A stretch of 64,000 nucleotides of DNA from an uncultured Bacteroidales bacterium. Lineage in GTDB: Bacteria; Bacteroidota; Bacteroidia; Bacteroidales; FEN-979. Positions 40,911 through 50,974 of the stretch are shown here, piece by piece. The stretch lies in assembly GCA_903824935.1 (NCBI GenBank), contig CAIJYT010000092.1:13119-77118 (forward strand). The letters run 5' to 3'. A program made the position numbers and the translations under genes. The notes beneath the pieces are model-generated. The model made no database searches. It was not told where the DNA came from and saw only the letters and a list, made by a program, of their open reading frames with translations. How positions within the stretch are numbered: position 1 is the stretch's first letter; each line of letters begins with the position of its first letter.

Positions 40911-41897
40911 ATGAAAAGCTTTTTCAGAAAGAAATCCGCCGGGCCGAAAATGCCTGAAACTTTGCATGAACCCGGCCCCTGTTTAAACTGCGGGACCCAT
41001 TTATGGCCAAGTGATACATTCTGCACGAAATGCGGTCAAAAACGTCTAGAGCGTGAGGATCTGTCGATCAGGCATATGTTCCGTGAATCATTCCTTGACT
41101 ATTTTCATTTCGATTCAGGGTTTTTTCGAACAATCGTTCCATTGGTCACAAAACCCGGCTGGCTTACAGTTGAATTCATGAAAGGCAAAAGGAAGTCGTA
41201 TGTAGAGCCGTTCAAACTGTTCCTTGTGATCAGCGTGATCTATTTCATCCTGCTTCCGTTCAGCGGCGAGACTGTACCCGAACAGAACGAAAAGGCCGGA
41301 AATTCACCCGCTCCCTCATCCGCAGTTGACACAAAACAAAGTCATACTCACTATAGTGTTAATGGCCTCCCTGTGAACAGCGATGCAATAGATTCAATGC
41401 GTAACGAAATTGACAGCACCGGCATAAGGCAATATGTCGAAAAACATTTTAAGAAGGAATCAGGGTGGACGAAACTTTTCATGAGACAGGCTCTTAAAAT
41501 CATGATTTCGACAGGGCAGTCGTTCACCACGGTACTGGAACATACTGCATCGAAGCTGATTTTCCTGCTCATACCCGTACTGGCACTGCTGCTGAAACTT
41601 TTTTATATAAGGAGTAAGCGCTTATACTATGAGCATCTTATCTTTTCGCTTCATATCCATTCCTTTTTCTTCCTGTTCCTCATCTTTTACCTGTTGGCCG
41701 GTTTCTTTATTCACATCAGCATATGGATCATTTTGCTTGTGTTCCTGATCTATACCCTGCTCGCCCTCAGGAGGTACTACAGGCAATCGACGGGAAAAAC
41801 GCTTGCAAAGATCTTCGTGATCTCAATTTCATACCTGCTCATCGCACTGCCAATATTCATGATAGTTCTTATGGCTGTTGCAGTGATGACTTACTGA
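40911..41897 (+). CDS. DUF3667-like membrane protein with N-terminal zinc ribbon
   Basis: CLNCG...FCTKCGQ, KPGWLT..F..GKRKSYVEP and YYEHLIFSLH motifs. Confidence 0.8.
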   Translation: MKSFFRKKSAGPKMPETLHEPGPCLNCGTHLWPSDTFCTKCGQKRLEREDLSIRHMFRESFLDYFHFDSGFFRTIVPLVTKPGWLTVEFMKGKRKSYVEPFKLFLVISVIYFILLPFSGETVPEQNEKAGNSPAPSSAVDTKQSHTHYSVNGLPVNSDAIDSMRNEIDSTGIRQYVEKHFKKESGWTKLFMRQALKIMISTGQSFTTVLEHTASKLIFLLIPVLALLLKLFYIRSKRLYYEHLIFSLHIHSFFFLFLIFYLLAGFFIHISIWIILLVFLIYTLLALRRYYRQSTGKTLAKIFVISISYLLIALPIFMIVLMAVAVMTY

Positions 41898-41924
41898 TAA
41901 ATTGATTCGGTGAGATCCCTGCGC

Positions 41925-42704
41925 TTAACCCAGCTCGACATTGACAGCCTGGTCAACATGCAGGCCCAGGAGGCTGGCGGCATTGCCCTTGTTCATTGCG
42001 ATCTCGAGGTAACCGCTGCTGCTGAACAATGCCAGCATTTCGCCTTCGGGCACATCCTGGTATGATTTACTAATCTGGGTGATACGGTAGTTCGCGGTGC
42101 GGAAGGTAATGGTGAATTTCTTTCCTTTAGTGGCCGATTTGAACAGGGTTTCGGTAATATTGGTGAAGGCATTCTCGTAATTGTCAACATAGATGACCTG
42201 GCCTTTGATGAGGTCTCCCTGTATCACCGGGCGGAACGCGATCTTCTGCATGACTTCCTTTTTCATATGGCCGAGCTTTTCGACAGGCTCGCCCGAGGCA
42301 ATATGACAGGCCACCTTAGCAAACACATCCCGGGTGGGAAATGTAAAATAATCCGAATCCTGCATGACATCCAGGTCGAAGATCAGTTCGGGTTTTTCAT
42401 CGAAGATCAAAGAGAATATCCCGTTGTCGGCGCCTATGAACCAATGCCCTTCATATTTTACCAATGTATGTGGATGACGGATGGAAGCCTCAGTGTTTAC
42501 GGCGAGTATGTGAATGCTGCCGGCCGGGAAGTTCTTATAAAAATTACGGATGATAAAAGCAGCCTGGTTCAGGTCAAAAGGCGGAATATGGTGGGTTATA
42601 TCGACAATCGTGGCATCCGGCATCTGCCGCAGAATAGTACCTTTTACAGCTCCGACATAATGGTCTTTAATGCCCCAGTCACTGGTCAGCGTAATGATAG
42701 CCAT
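41925..42704 (-). CDS. SAM hydrolase / SAM-dependent halogenase family (DUF62)
   Basis: ITLTSDWG, VDITH, GADNG, RDVFA, YVDNYENAFTN and YLEIA motifs. Confidence 0.9.
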   Translation of the reverse strand: MAIITLTSDWGIKDHYVGAVKGTILRQMPDATIVDITHHIPPFDLNQAAFIIRNFYKNFPAGSIHILAVNTEASIRHPHTLVKYEGHWFIGADNGIFSLIFDEKPELIFDLDVMQDSDYFTFPTRDVFAKVACHIASGEPVEKLGHMKKEVMQKIAFRPVIQGDLIKGQVIYVDNYENAFTNITETLFKSATKGKKFTITFRTANYRITQISKSYQDVPEGEMLALFSSSGYLEIAMNKGNAASLLGLHVDQAVNVELG

Positions 42705-42715
42705 TGAATTATTCG

Positions 42716-42737
42716 TACTTTTGCGTATTCAAAGGTA
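42716..42737. promoter_or_regulatory. Interlocked divergent -7 elements in a 44-nt gap
   Basis: TACTTTTG (+) at 42716-42723 and TACCTTTG (-) at 42730-42737. Confidence 0.55.
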
Positions 42738-42748
42738 CGCTTTTTTTA

Positions 42749-43693
42749 ATGAGTGAGAAAATCATCCGCATTGAATCGGTCCATCCACTGGACATATTCG
42801 GCCCCAACGACCAGAACCTGGAACTGGTCAGGAACCGGTTCCCGAAACTGAAGATCCTGAGCCGCGACAATTATATCAAGGCATTGGGCGAAGAATCGGA
42901 CCTCCTTGATTTCGAGGAAAAATTCACTTCCCTTATGCTTCATTTTGAGAAATTCGGAAGGCTTACGACTGATGACATCTCCCAGCTGTTCGAGGCTGCC
43001 GACCTTTCGCCAGCCCTTGCCCCTGAAACCAGCCCTGAGGTCCTTGTTCATGGCAAGAACGGCATGCTGGTGAGGGCCCGTACCGCCAACCAGCTCAGGA
43101 TGGTGGAAAGCTGCGACAAAAATGACCTTGTTTTCGCAATCGGCCCTGCCGGGACAGGAAAAACTTATACCGCTGTAGCACTTGCCGTGCGTGCCCTGAA
43201 AAACCGGCAGGTAAACCGTATCATCCTAACCAGGCCTGCGGTTGAAGCCGGTGAAAACCTCGGCTTCCTTCCTGGCGACCTCAAGGAAAAACTCGATCCT
43301 TACCTTCAGCCTTTGTATGACGCCCTCAGGGATATGCTGCCGGCGCAGAAACTGCTGCAGTATATCGAAGACCGCACCATAGAGATCGCCCCTCTTGCTT
43401 TCATGCGCGGCCGTACTCTCAATAATGCTTTCGCTATCCTGGACGAAGCCCAGAATACCACTCCCAACCAGCTCAAGATGTTCCTTACCCGCATGGGTGC
43501 TTCCGCCAAATTCATGGTTACAGGTGACATAACCCAGATAGATCTCCCGAAACACCAGGTTTCAGGCCTCATCCATGTACAGGCAGTCCTCAACGATGTC
43601 CCAGGCATTGAGTTCATTTACCTGGATAATTCCGACATCATCCGCCATAAGCTGGTGAGCAGGATCATCAACGCCTACGGTGCAAAACAGTGA
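42749..43693 (+). CDS. phoH: PhoH-family ATPase (YbeZ-like)
   Basis: GPAGTGKT, RPAVEAGE, AFMRGRT, DEAQN and GDITQIDLP motifs. Confidence 0.93.
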   Translation: MSEKIIRIESVHPLDIFGPNDQNLELVRNRFPKLKILSRDNYIKALGEESDLLDFEEKFTSLMLHFEKFGRLTTDDISQLFEAADLSPALAPETSPEVLVHGKNGMLVRARTANQLRMVESCDKNDLVFAIGPAGTGKTYTAVALAVRALKNRQVNRIILTRPAVEAGENLGFLPGDLKEKLDPYLQPLYDALRDMLPAQKLLQYIEDRTIEIAPLAFMRGRTLNNAFAILDEAQNTTPNQLKMFLTRMGASAKFMVTGDITQIDLPKHQVSGLIHVQAVLNDVPGIEFIYLDNSDIIRHKLVSRIINAYGAKQ

Positions 43694-43780
43694 GTGATGA
43701 GAGAAACTCAGGCAAGGCAGTAATTTCAAAAAAACATCTTTATCCAGCTCCTTCGTATATTTGAAAATGTTTTTCAGAAC

Positions 43781-44533
43781 ATGAAATTAAGATACGACAT
43801 TGCCTGCGGATTGGATTCTCCAGAAAGGACCTTGCGTCACCGTGAAATCATATTGCATAAAAAATTCTTAAAAAAACTTTACGAACAATGGTACGATGAA
43901 TTCCTGAAGGAAATTAAAACCCTGCCGAACGACGTATATGTTGAGATCGGTTCAGGAGGGGGATTCCTTAAGGAAGTGGCACCCGGGGTGATCTGTACCG
44001 ACGTTCTTGAATTGCCAACAAATGATAAAACCTTCTCGGCACTGGAAATGCCTTTTGAAAACAACTCTGTTGGAGGCATATTCATGGTCGATACATTCCA
44101 TCATATAAGTGATGCTGAAAAATTCCTGGCCGAAGTATCAAGGGTGCTGGTAAAAAATGGGAAAGTAATAATGATCGAGCCGGCAAATTCTTTATGGGGA
44201 AGATTCATTTATAAAAATTTCCACCACGAGCCCTTTGATGAAAAAGGCGGGTGGACCATCCCCGTTACCGGCCCCTTATCCGGGGCAAACCAGGCCTTGC
44301 CCTGGATTGTTTTTGAACGGGACCAGGCAATTTTCAGGAAAAGATTCCCGAACCTGATAATAGAAAAGATCAGCTACCGAAACCCATTGCTATACCTTTT
44401 AAGCGGAGGGGTTTCTTACAAACAATTTCTGCCTGATTTCATGTTTCCCCTTATTAATTTTTTGGACCGGGTTTTGCCCCGAATATCAAAACAGGTATCA
44501 ATGTTCGAGATGATCAGGATAATATCCATATAA
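43781..44533 (+). CDS. Class I SAM-dependent methyltransferase
   Basis: VEIGSGGG, MPFENNS, DTFHH and IEP motifs. Confidence 0.85.
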   Translation: MKLRYDIACGLDSPERTLRHREIILHKKFLKKLYEQWYDEFLKEIKTLPNDVYVEIGSGGGFLKEVAPGVICTDVLELPTNDKTFSALEMPFENNSVGGIFMVDTFHHISDAEKFLAEVSRVLVKNGKVIMIEPANSLWGRFIYKNFHHEPFDEKGGWTIPVTGPLSGANQALPWIVFERDQAIFRKRFPNLIIEKISYRNPLLYLLSGGVSYKQFLPDFMFPLINFLDRVLPRISKQVSMFEMIRIISI

Positions 44534-44646
44534 TACGATTGACCAGGCAGAAAAACAGCAAAGCAATGGCATGAGCCCCGGGGCAAGCCCCGGCCTCGGT
44601 TTCCGCAGTATGCGGAATCAAACCCTTTAGAGATTAAATTATCGGC

Positions 44647-46533
44647 ATGGCAAGAGGAAAAAAGCAACAAGAAAACAGAGAGGAAATCAAAGTCAGGGAA
44701 AGGGATCAAAAGACAGTTGCTGTCAAAATGAGATCCGGGTTTAAAATACCTCATCCTCTCTGGTTTATTTTACCATTGGTCGCAATCGCATTCTTCCCGA
44801 TCCTGAACAACGGTTTCGTTAATTGGGATGATAACGAACTGATCACAGGCAACCCCCTCATCCGCAGCCTCAGTCTTAATGGCATTTACAAGATATTCAC
44901 GACCTTCTGGGTAGGGAATTACCAGCCTTTGCACATCCTTGCATATGCCTTGCAGTATCATTTCTGGGGGCTGAACCCAGCAGGTTACCATGCAGTGAGC
45001 CTGATCCTCTTCCTTGGCATTACTTGCCTGGTTTATTTTTTCATCAACAGGATCAGCCGTAAGAATATTACTGTTGCAGTTATCGCCACCCTTCTTTTCA
45101 GCATCAATGCAATGAGGGTTGAATCTGTTGCCTGGGCCTCCGAGCACAAGGATATGCTGTATGCGCTTTTTTATTTGGCGGCACTGATAACCTATGTCAA
45201 ATATATATTGAGCGGCAAGGACCAGCCCCGGGGCTGGAAGTTCAGATATCTTATTTACACCTTTGCTTTTTTTTGTTTTTCAGTCCTGTCGAAAGTTATG
45301 GCTGTGAGCCTTGTGGGCGCCCTGGTCATGCTTGATTACTATTATGAACGCAGGCTAAATATCCGCATGCTCCTTGAAAAGGTTCCGTTCGTCATCGTCA
45401 GTATTATTATCGGGCTTGTTCAGGTTAAAGCAACGGCATCAACCAATTCCATCGATACCAGCAACCAGTTTACACATGTTGAACGACTCCTCATCGCTTC
45501 CCGAAACCTGATGTTCTTTTTTTATAAGATGCTGGTCCCGATAAATCTCTCGAATTACCATCCTTATCCCTACAGGGCAGCAGGATTGCCCTGGCCCGTT
45601 GAGTTTTATATTGCACCATCCTTCGTTCTCATCCTCCTGGCCCTGGTGATATGGTCGATGAGGAAGACAAGGATCATTGCATTTTCTGTGGGTTTTTTTA
45701 TCATTTCTCTCTTGTTGGTGCTGCAATACATAGCTATTGGCCCAACCCTTTTCAACGAACGCTACTCCCTTTTACCGGCAATCCCTTTGTCGTTCCTGCT
45801 TGCCAGCGGAATTTACCTGCTGACATCCCGCTTCCCGGCTATGAAAATGCTCAGCCTCGGGCTTACCGGTGTTTACATAGCGATCATGTTTTACCTTACT
45901 TTCTTTCGCTGCAGTGTATGGCAGAACCCTGCGAAACTCTGGACCAACGTAATCTCACAGTATCCGCATGAAGCTTACCCATATTATGTGCGCAGCGAAT
46001 ACTACGGAAGGACCCTGGGCGATGTAAGGCAGGAGATGGAAGACCTGAACACCTCCATCAGGCTCAGCCCCACTATTAATATGGCATTCATAAACAGGGG
46101 CATCGTCTATTACCAGAACAATATGTACGATTCAGCTATTTCGGATTTTACAACGGCTATCCGCCTGAACGCAGGTTCCTGTGAAGCATTCATAAACAGG
46201 GGTGTAACCTTGTCCATGATGGGTCGTTATACCGAGGCGTTGAACGATTATAACAGGAGCATTGAACTGGATCCGTCGAAAGTAAATAACTACCTGTACA
46301 GGGGATACTGTTACTTCCGTATGGGCCAGCCCGACCTGGCGCTTCAGGATTATAGTACAGGTATTGCAATGGCTCCTGACAATGTAAGCATGTTTTATTT
46401 TCAGCGTTCCCAGGTATTGTATTCAATGAAAAGATTCGACGAGGCTTTTCAGAACATCCAGGCTGCAAGGAATGGAGGGGTTAAAGTGGAAGACGCCTGG
46501 TTTGACATGTTGAAACATGCAGCCGGGCAATGA
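44647..46533 (+). CDS. TMTC-like GT-C glycosyltransferase with C-terminal TPR repeats
   Basis: FVNWDD, NYQPL, YH, VESVAW, SK, ERY and VW motifs; TPRs with AFINRG repeats. Confidence 0.82.
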   Translation: MARGKKQQENREEIKVRERDQKTVAVKMRSGFKIPHPLWFILPLVAIAFFPILNNGFVNWDDNELITGNPLIRSLSLNGIYKIFTTFWVGNYQPLHILAYALQYHFWGLNPAGYHAVSLILFLGITCLVYFFINRISRKNITVAVIATLLFSINAMRVESVAWASEHKDMLYALFYLAALITYVKYILSGKDQPRGWKFRYLIYTFAFFCFSVLSKVMAVSLVGALVMLDYYYERRLNIRMLLEKVPFVIVSIIIGLVQVKATASTNSIDTSNQFTHVERLLIASRNLMFFFYKMLVPINLSNYHPYPYRAAGLPWPVEFYIAPSFVLILLALVIWSMRKTRIIAFSVGFFIISLLLVLQYIAIGPTLFNERYSLLPAIPLSFLLASGIYLLTSRFPAMKMLSLGLTGVYIAIMFYLTFFRCSVWQNPAKLWTNVISQYPHEAYPYYVRSEYYGRTLGDVRQEMEDLNTSIRLSPTINMAFINRGIVYYQNNMYDSAISDFTTAIRLNAGSCEAFINRGVTLSMMGRYTEALNDYNRSIELDPSKVNNYLYRGYCYFRMGQPDLALQDYSTGIAMAPDNVSMFYFQRSQVLYSMKRFDEAFQNIQAARNGGVKVEDAWFDMLKHAAGQ

Positions 46534-46555
46534 GGCGAAAGTCGCCTGCCAGACC

Positions 46556-47959
46556 TTACCTGAACTTTAATTTACGTGCTGCAAACAGGCTCATTTTGAT
46601 CAGGAGCCATCCATGTTTGAACCTGCTGATCTGGGTGGATCCGTATACGCGTTCCCTGTACCTGACAATGATCTCGGTGATTTCCAGCTGAAGCCTGGAT
46701 GAGCCAAAGAGCAGGTCGAAATCTCCGAAAGGATCAAAATCCCCGAAGAATGCCCGGTTCTGCTTTATCTTTTCATAATCCTTTGTGAACAATACCTTGG
46801 TACCGCACAAGGTATCTTTAAGCCTTTGCCCCAGCAGGTAGGTAAAAAACAAGCCGAATAATTTGTTTGCCACCAGGTTAAGAAAGCGCATTGCATCTTT
46901 CTCCATGGGATAAACCAGCCTGCAGCCGTTGATAAACTCACCCCTGCCGGTTTTAAGAGCCAGGTAGAACTTTTCAAGTTCCTCAGGGGGCACCGAAAGG
47001 TCTGCATCAAGTATCATCAAAACATCTCCGGCTGCCGCATCAAAGCCCTCCCTTACAGCGTTTCCTTTCCCTTTCAGGCTTTGTTTCATCACTTTGATAT
47101 CCTTGCCGGGGAAGTTCTCCCTTACCCGCACCATCTCTTCGAATGTCAGGTCCGATGAATGTCCTTCCACAAAGATGAATTCCTGGGAGAGGCCGAACAA
47201 CGGCGTTCTTAGTATTGCATTTTCAATATTCCCCCTCTCATTTCGGGCAGGAATGATGATTGAAACGCTGTAATCCCTCTCTTCTTTTAAAACCGGCCTG
47301 GCTACAATGACGTTGACCAGGTCGAGCTTGTCAAGAAGAGGAAGGTTGGCCAGGATGCGGTTGAAAAACTGGTTGATTACCGGGATATTTTTAGGGAACA
47401 TCAGCTTATGCTGTACCGTGATGATCCGGAACCCCGTTAACTCAAGAAGGTTGTTGATATCGGCCGTCGACAACCAGTTCTGCCTTGGCTGTGAAAGCTT
47501 CAGATGCAGGCTCTCGGCCATCAGCATAACAGGCTGCCAGAGGAAATTAAAGTTTGAAATGATGAGTCGTGTATGTTCGTTACAATGCCGCGACACACAT
47601 TCCAGGGCTTTCTGCACATCCCATAAGGAGCATGCCAGGTCTGACATGATGATATAATCAAACGTTTCATGCAACGAAAGGGATTCTGCTTCCTGTAGAT
47701 GAAATATTAGATCCGGGTACCTGTTCCTCGCAAGTTCAATGGTAGCTTCCGAGAAATCCACACCAACCCCGTAAGCAGGTTTAACCGAGGCAAGCAGATC
47801 GCCCAGGCCGCATCCGACTTCGAGAACACGGCTTCCCCCCGGAATTATAAACGAGAAATAACGCTGCAGGGATTTATGATAAAAACTGTTCCTTTTTTCC
47901 CATTTCGCCCGTGAACCCGCCGTACGATTGAAAAAATCCCTGACATCTTCCTTGCTCAT
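46556..47959 (-). CDS. Fused SAM methyltransferase + GT2 (Dol-P-Man synthase-like) glycosyltransferase
   Basis: VLEVGCGLG; SIIIPARNE, GKGNAV, ILDADL and DTLCGTK motifs. Confidence 0.88.
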   Translation of the reverse strand: MSKEDVRDFFNRTAGSRAKWEKRNSFYHKSLQRYFSFIIPGGSRVLEVGCGLGDLLASVKPAYGVGVDFSEATIELARNRYPDLIFHLQEAESLSLHETFDYIIMSDLACSLWDVQKALECVSRHCNEHTRLIISNFNFLWQPVMLMAESLHLKLSQPRQNWLSTADINNLLELTGFRIITVQHKLMFPKNIPVINQFFNRILANLPLLDKLDLVNVIVARPVLKEERDYSVSIIIPARNERGNIENAILRTPLFGLSQEFIFVEGHSSDLTFEEMVRVRENFPGKDIKVMKQSLKGKGNAVREGFDAAAGDVLMILDADLSVPPEELEKFYLALKTGRGEFINGCRLVYPMEKDAMRFLNLVANKLFGLFFTYLLGQRLKDTLCGTKVLFTKDYEKIKQNRAFFGDFDPFGDFDLLFGSSRLQLEITEIIVRYRERVYGSTQISRFKHGWLLIKMSLFAARKLKFR

Positions 47960-48022
47960 CGTAGTATGGTTGATAAAACAGGCTGCAAGATAAAAAAAAG
48001 ACTCCGCAATATGGCATATTTT

Positions 48023-48355
48023 CTAGTAGGTCATTATCTCCATGAGCCCCTGCCTGAGCCTGGAAAGCATGGCGGGACTGATTTCACCGAGCTTCCTGAT
48101 GAAACGGGATGCTGTAATGGTCCGAACCTGAAAAGTGAGTATCTCAGAATCCTTTTCCAGTCCAGATTCCTTGCCCTTCTCAATAATCACACAACCTGCA
48201 AATCCTTTAATCTTCGAAGTCAGGGGGCAAACAATGCCTATGCCAAGGTGATCGTTCATTGCATTTCCGCTGATGATAACCACCGGACGTATCCCGCTCT
48301 GCTCACTTCCTTTCACCGGGTTAAGGTCGGCCAGCCAGATTTCCCTTTGTCTCAT
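48023..48355 (-). CDS. mazF: MazF/PemK family toxin
   Basis: IWLADLNPVKGSEQSGIRPVVIIS, VCPLTS and QVRTI motifs. Confidence 0.92.
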   Translation of the reverse strand: MRQREIWLADLNPVKGSEQSGIRPVVIISGNAMNDHLGIGIVCPLTSKIKGFAGCVIIEKGKESGLEKDSEILTFQVRTITASRFIRKLGEISPAMLSRLRQGLMEIMTY

Positions 48356-48594
48356 TCGTCTCCAAGCATTTTCAGGTAATCTTCCATCCCCTCCTCCGCC
48401 ATACTGAGCATCTCCTCATCTCCGGCTGCTTTTTTGAACGACCGAATATATTCTGCTTTTTTCAGATGCCCCAGGTAATTCCTCAAAGCATTCTCCAACA
48501 GTTTGTTTTTGGGCATTTTAAGCTTTCTCGCATAGAATTCCAGCAGATCCCAGACATCATCTGGCAAAGTACTTGTATAAGTAACCGGCTTCAT
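48352..48594 (-). CDS. Ribbon-helix-helix antitoxin
   Basis: 80 aa; TYTSTLP..L...A..LKMPKN.L...AL RHH pattern; acidic tail; ATGA overlap with the toxin gene. Confidence 0.82.
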   Translation of the reverse strand: MKPVTYTSTLPDDVWDLLEFYARKLKMPKNKLLENALRNYLGHLKKAEYIRSFKKAAGDEEMLSMAEEGMEDYLKMLGDE

Positions 48595-48676
48595 AACACC
48601 AATATTTTTTACAAATATAATTTATAAATACCAATTTTTATTTAAATTCCTTACTTTTGTCCTAAATCTTCCATTT

Positions 48677-49636
48677 ATGCAAAACGTGCTTACGAAAACC
48701 AGCTTCAGTTTCCCGGGACAGAAATCCTTGTATAAAGGGAAAGTCAGGGATGTGTACAATATAGACAATAAATACCTTGTGATGGTGGCCAGCGACAGGA
48801 TCTCAGCTTTCGATGTTGTGCTCCCGAAAGGCATTCCATATAAGGGGCAGGTGCTGAACCAGATTGCATCCAAGTTCCTCGATGCCATGGCCGATATTTG
48901 CCCGAACTGGAAAATCTCCAGTCCTGATCCTAACGTGACTATCGGCAGGTTCTGTAAGATATATCCTGTTGAGATGATCATACGAGGATATCTTACCGGC
49001 AGTTCCTGGCGCACCTATCAAAAGGGAGCAAGGCTGATCTGCGGTGTACCGGTCCCCGACGGGATGAAGGAACACCAGAGGTTCCCCGTACCAATCATCA
49101 CGCCCACCACCAAAGCGGCTGCCGGCCATGATGAGGACATCACCGAAGAAGAACTGCTTGCAAAAGGGATCATCCCTAAGGAAGAATACGAACTGATCAA
49201 GAAATACACTTACGCCATCTTCAAAAGGGGAACGGAGATCGCTGCAAAACACGGACTCATCCTGGTCGATACAAAATATGAATTCGGTAAGGGTGACGAC
49301 GGGAAAATCTATCTCTGCGACGAGATACATACCCCCGATTCTTCACGGTATTTTTACCTCGATGGGTACGAGGAAAGGCAGGCCAAAGGCGAACAGCAGA
49401 GGCAGCTTTCCAAGGAATTCGTAAGGGAGTGGCTCATGGCAAACAATTTTATGGGTAACAAAGGACAAACGGTTCCCGACATGCCCGATTCTTTTGTCAA
49501 CGAGATCACCGAACGCTATATCGAACTTTACGAGAGGATCACCGGTGATACCTTTGTACGCTCCGACACTTCCGCAATGGAGAAACGGATCGAGGCTAAT
49601 ATACTGTCCTTTTTAAGTAGCGAAATAGCGAAGTAG
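48677..49636 (+). CDS. purC: SAICAR synthetase
   Basis: [25 protein letters not shown] and [10 protein letters not shown] motifs. Confidence 0.97.
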   Translation: MQNVLTKTSFSFPGQKSLYKGKVRDVYNIDNKYLVMVASDRISAFDVVLPKGIPYKGQVLNQIASKFLDAMADICPNWKISSPDPNVTIGRFCKIYPVEMIIRGYLTGSSWRTYQKGARLICGVPVPDGMKEHQRFPVPIITPTTKAAAGHDEDITEEELLAKGIIPKEEYELIKKYTYAIFKRGTEIAAKHGLILVDTKYEFGKGDDGKIYLCDEIHTPDSSRYFYLDGYEERQAKGEQQRQLSKEFVREWLMANNFMGNKGQTVPDMPDSFVNEITERYIELYERITGDTFVRSDTSAMEKRIEANILSFLSSEIAK

Positions 49637-49747
49637 CGAAAAGCAAAATTGCATCAAATAAAATTTTCACTTATTCAATTGAATTAAAGGCAAAAAGATG
49701 ATTCAAAACTATTTCACCATTTCGCCATTTCGCTATTTCGCTATTTC
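49615..49747. repeat. TAGCGARR octamer inverted element with ~60-nt AT-rich spacer
   Basis: Left arm 49615-49648 encodes the purC terminus SEIAK*; right arm 49709-49747 ends 3 nt before the next ATG. Confidence 0.85.
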
Positions 49748-49750
49748 ATT

Positions 49751-50956
49751 ATGATCCCCTTCTCCCCTCCCCGCATGGACCAGCGTATCGTCGATGAAGT
49801 CGTCGATACGCTTTATTCAGGCTGGATCACTACGGGTCCCAAAACCAAGAGGTTCGAGAAACTGCTTACCGCTTACGGAGGCCAGAAGGCGACTTTATGC
49901 CTCAATTCGGCAACAGCCGGGCTGGAACTTGTACTGCACTGGTTCGGGGTCGGTCCGGGCGACGAGGTCATAGTTCCTGCTTATACATACAATGCCACGG
50001 CCAACGTGGTGGTGCATTGCGGGGCGACCGTCGTCTTTGTCGATTCTTCCGAAGATTTCAATATAAGTGCCAGTGCAATCGAAAAAGCCATCAGCCCGAG
50101 AACGAAGGTCATTATACCGGTGGATATCGGGGGCTGGCCCTGTGATTATGATGCGATCAACGTATTGGTAACCCGCTCCGACATCCGCAGTCAGTTCAAA
50201 CCAAATTCAAAAGAACAGGAGCAGCTGGGCAGGATCTTAATCCTTTCCGATGCCGCCCATTCCATTGGTGGGAATTACAAGGGAAAGAACGTGGGAAGCC
50301 TCACTGATATCACCGTGTATTCATTCCATGCAGTGAAAAACCTCACGACAGCCGAGGGGGGGGCGATCTGTTTCAACCTGTCTGATCCCTTCGACAACCA
50401 GCAGCTTTATCAGAGGCTGAACACGAAATCCCTGCATGGTCAAACCAAGGATGCCCTTGCAAAAAACCAGATCGGCAACTGGAGATATGATATTGTTGAA
50501 GCGGGTTACAAATGTAACATGACCGATATCCAGGCATCCATGGGCCTGGTTGAGATACAGAGGTACGAAGAGGATATGCTGGTGAGGCGGAAACACATAC
50601 TCGACCGCTACAGGGATGCATTATCCAAATATTCATGGGCTGAGATCCCTTTGTACGAAACCCATGACTGCCACTCCTCTTATCATCTTTTTTTACTGCG
50701 GATAAGGGAAGCGACGGAAAGCCGGCGTGACCAGATAATACAAGAGATCTTCAGACAGGAGGTTGCGGTGAACGTGCATTTTGTTCCCCTGCCTATGATG
50801 ACCTACTACAAGTCTCTTGGTTACCGCATGGAGGATTATCCGGTGGCTTACAATAATTATTCCAGGGAGATCACACTCCCGGTTTACTATGACCTCACGG
50901 ATGATATGGTGGATGAAGTGGTGAGGGCGGTGGTAAACGCCGTGAATCGTGAATAG
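49751..50956 (+). CDS. DegT/DnrJ/EryC1/StrS aminotransferase
   Basis: SGWITTGP, NSATAGL, DAAHS, SFHAVKNLTTAEGG and GYKCNMTD motifs. Confidence 0.93.
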   Translation: MIPFSPPRMDQRIVDEVVDTLYSGWITTGPKTKRFEKLLTAYGGQKATLCLNSATAGLELVLHWFGVGPGDEVIVPAYTYNATANVVVHCGATVVFVDSSEDFNISASAIEKAISPRTKVIIPVDIGGWPCDYDAINVLVTRSDIRSQFKPNSKEQEQLGRILILSDAAHSIGGNYKGKNVGSLTDITVYSFHAVKNLTTAEGGAICFNLSDPFDNQQLYQRLNTKSLHGQTKDALAKNQIGNWRYDIVEAGYKCNMTDIQASMGLVEIQRYEEDMLVRRKHILDRYRDALSKYSWAEIPLYETHDCHSSYHLFLLRIREATESRRDQIIQEIFRQEVAVNVHFVPLPMMTYYKSLGYRMEDYPVAYNNYSREITLPVYYDLTDDMVDEVVRAVVNAVNRE

Positions 50957-50974
50957 TGAACCGTGAACCTGAAT
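50941..50974 (+). repeat. Heptamer tandem repeats (MGTGAAY), single arm
   Basis: cgtgaat cgtgaat agtgaac cgtgaac spanning the DegT stop up to the next start; same family as 34751. Confidence 0.75.

Noticed and set aside
41925..42704. Fluorinase/chlorinase natural-product pathway
   Set aside because: Housekeeping neighbourhood with no biosynthetic cluster; DUF62 proteins are usually SAM hydrolases
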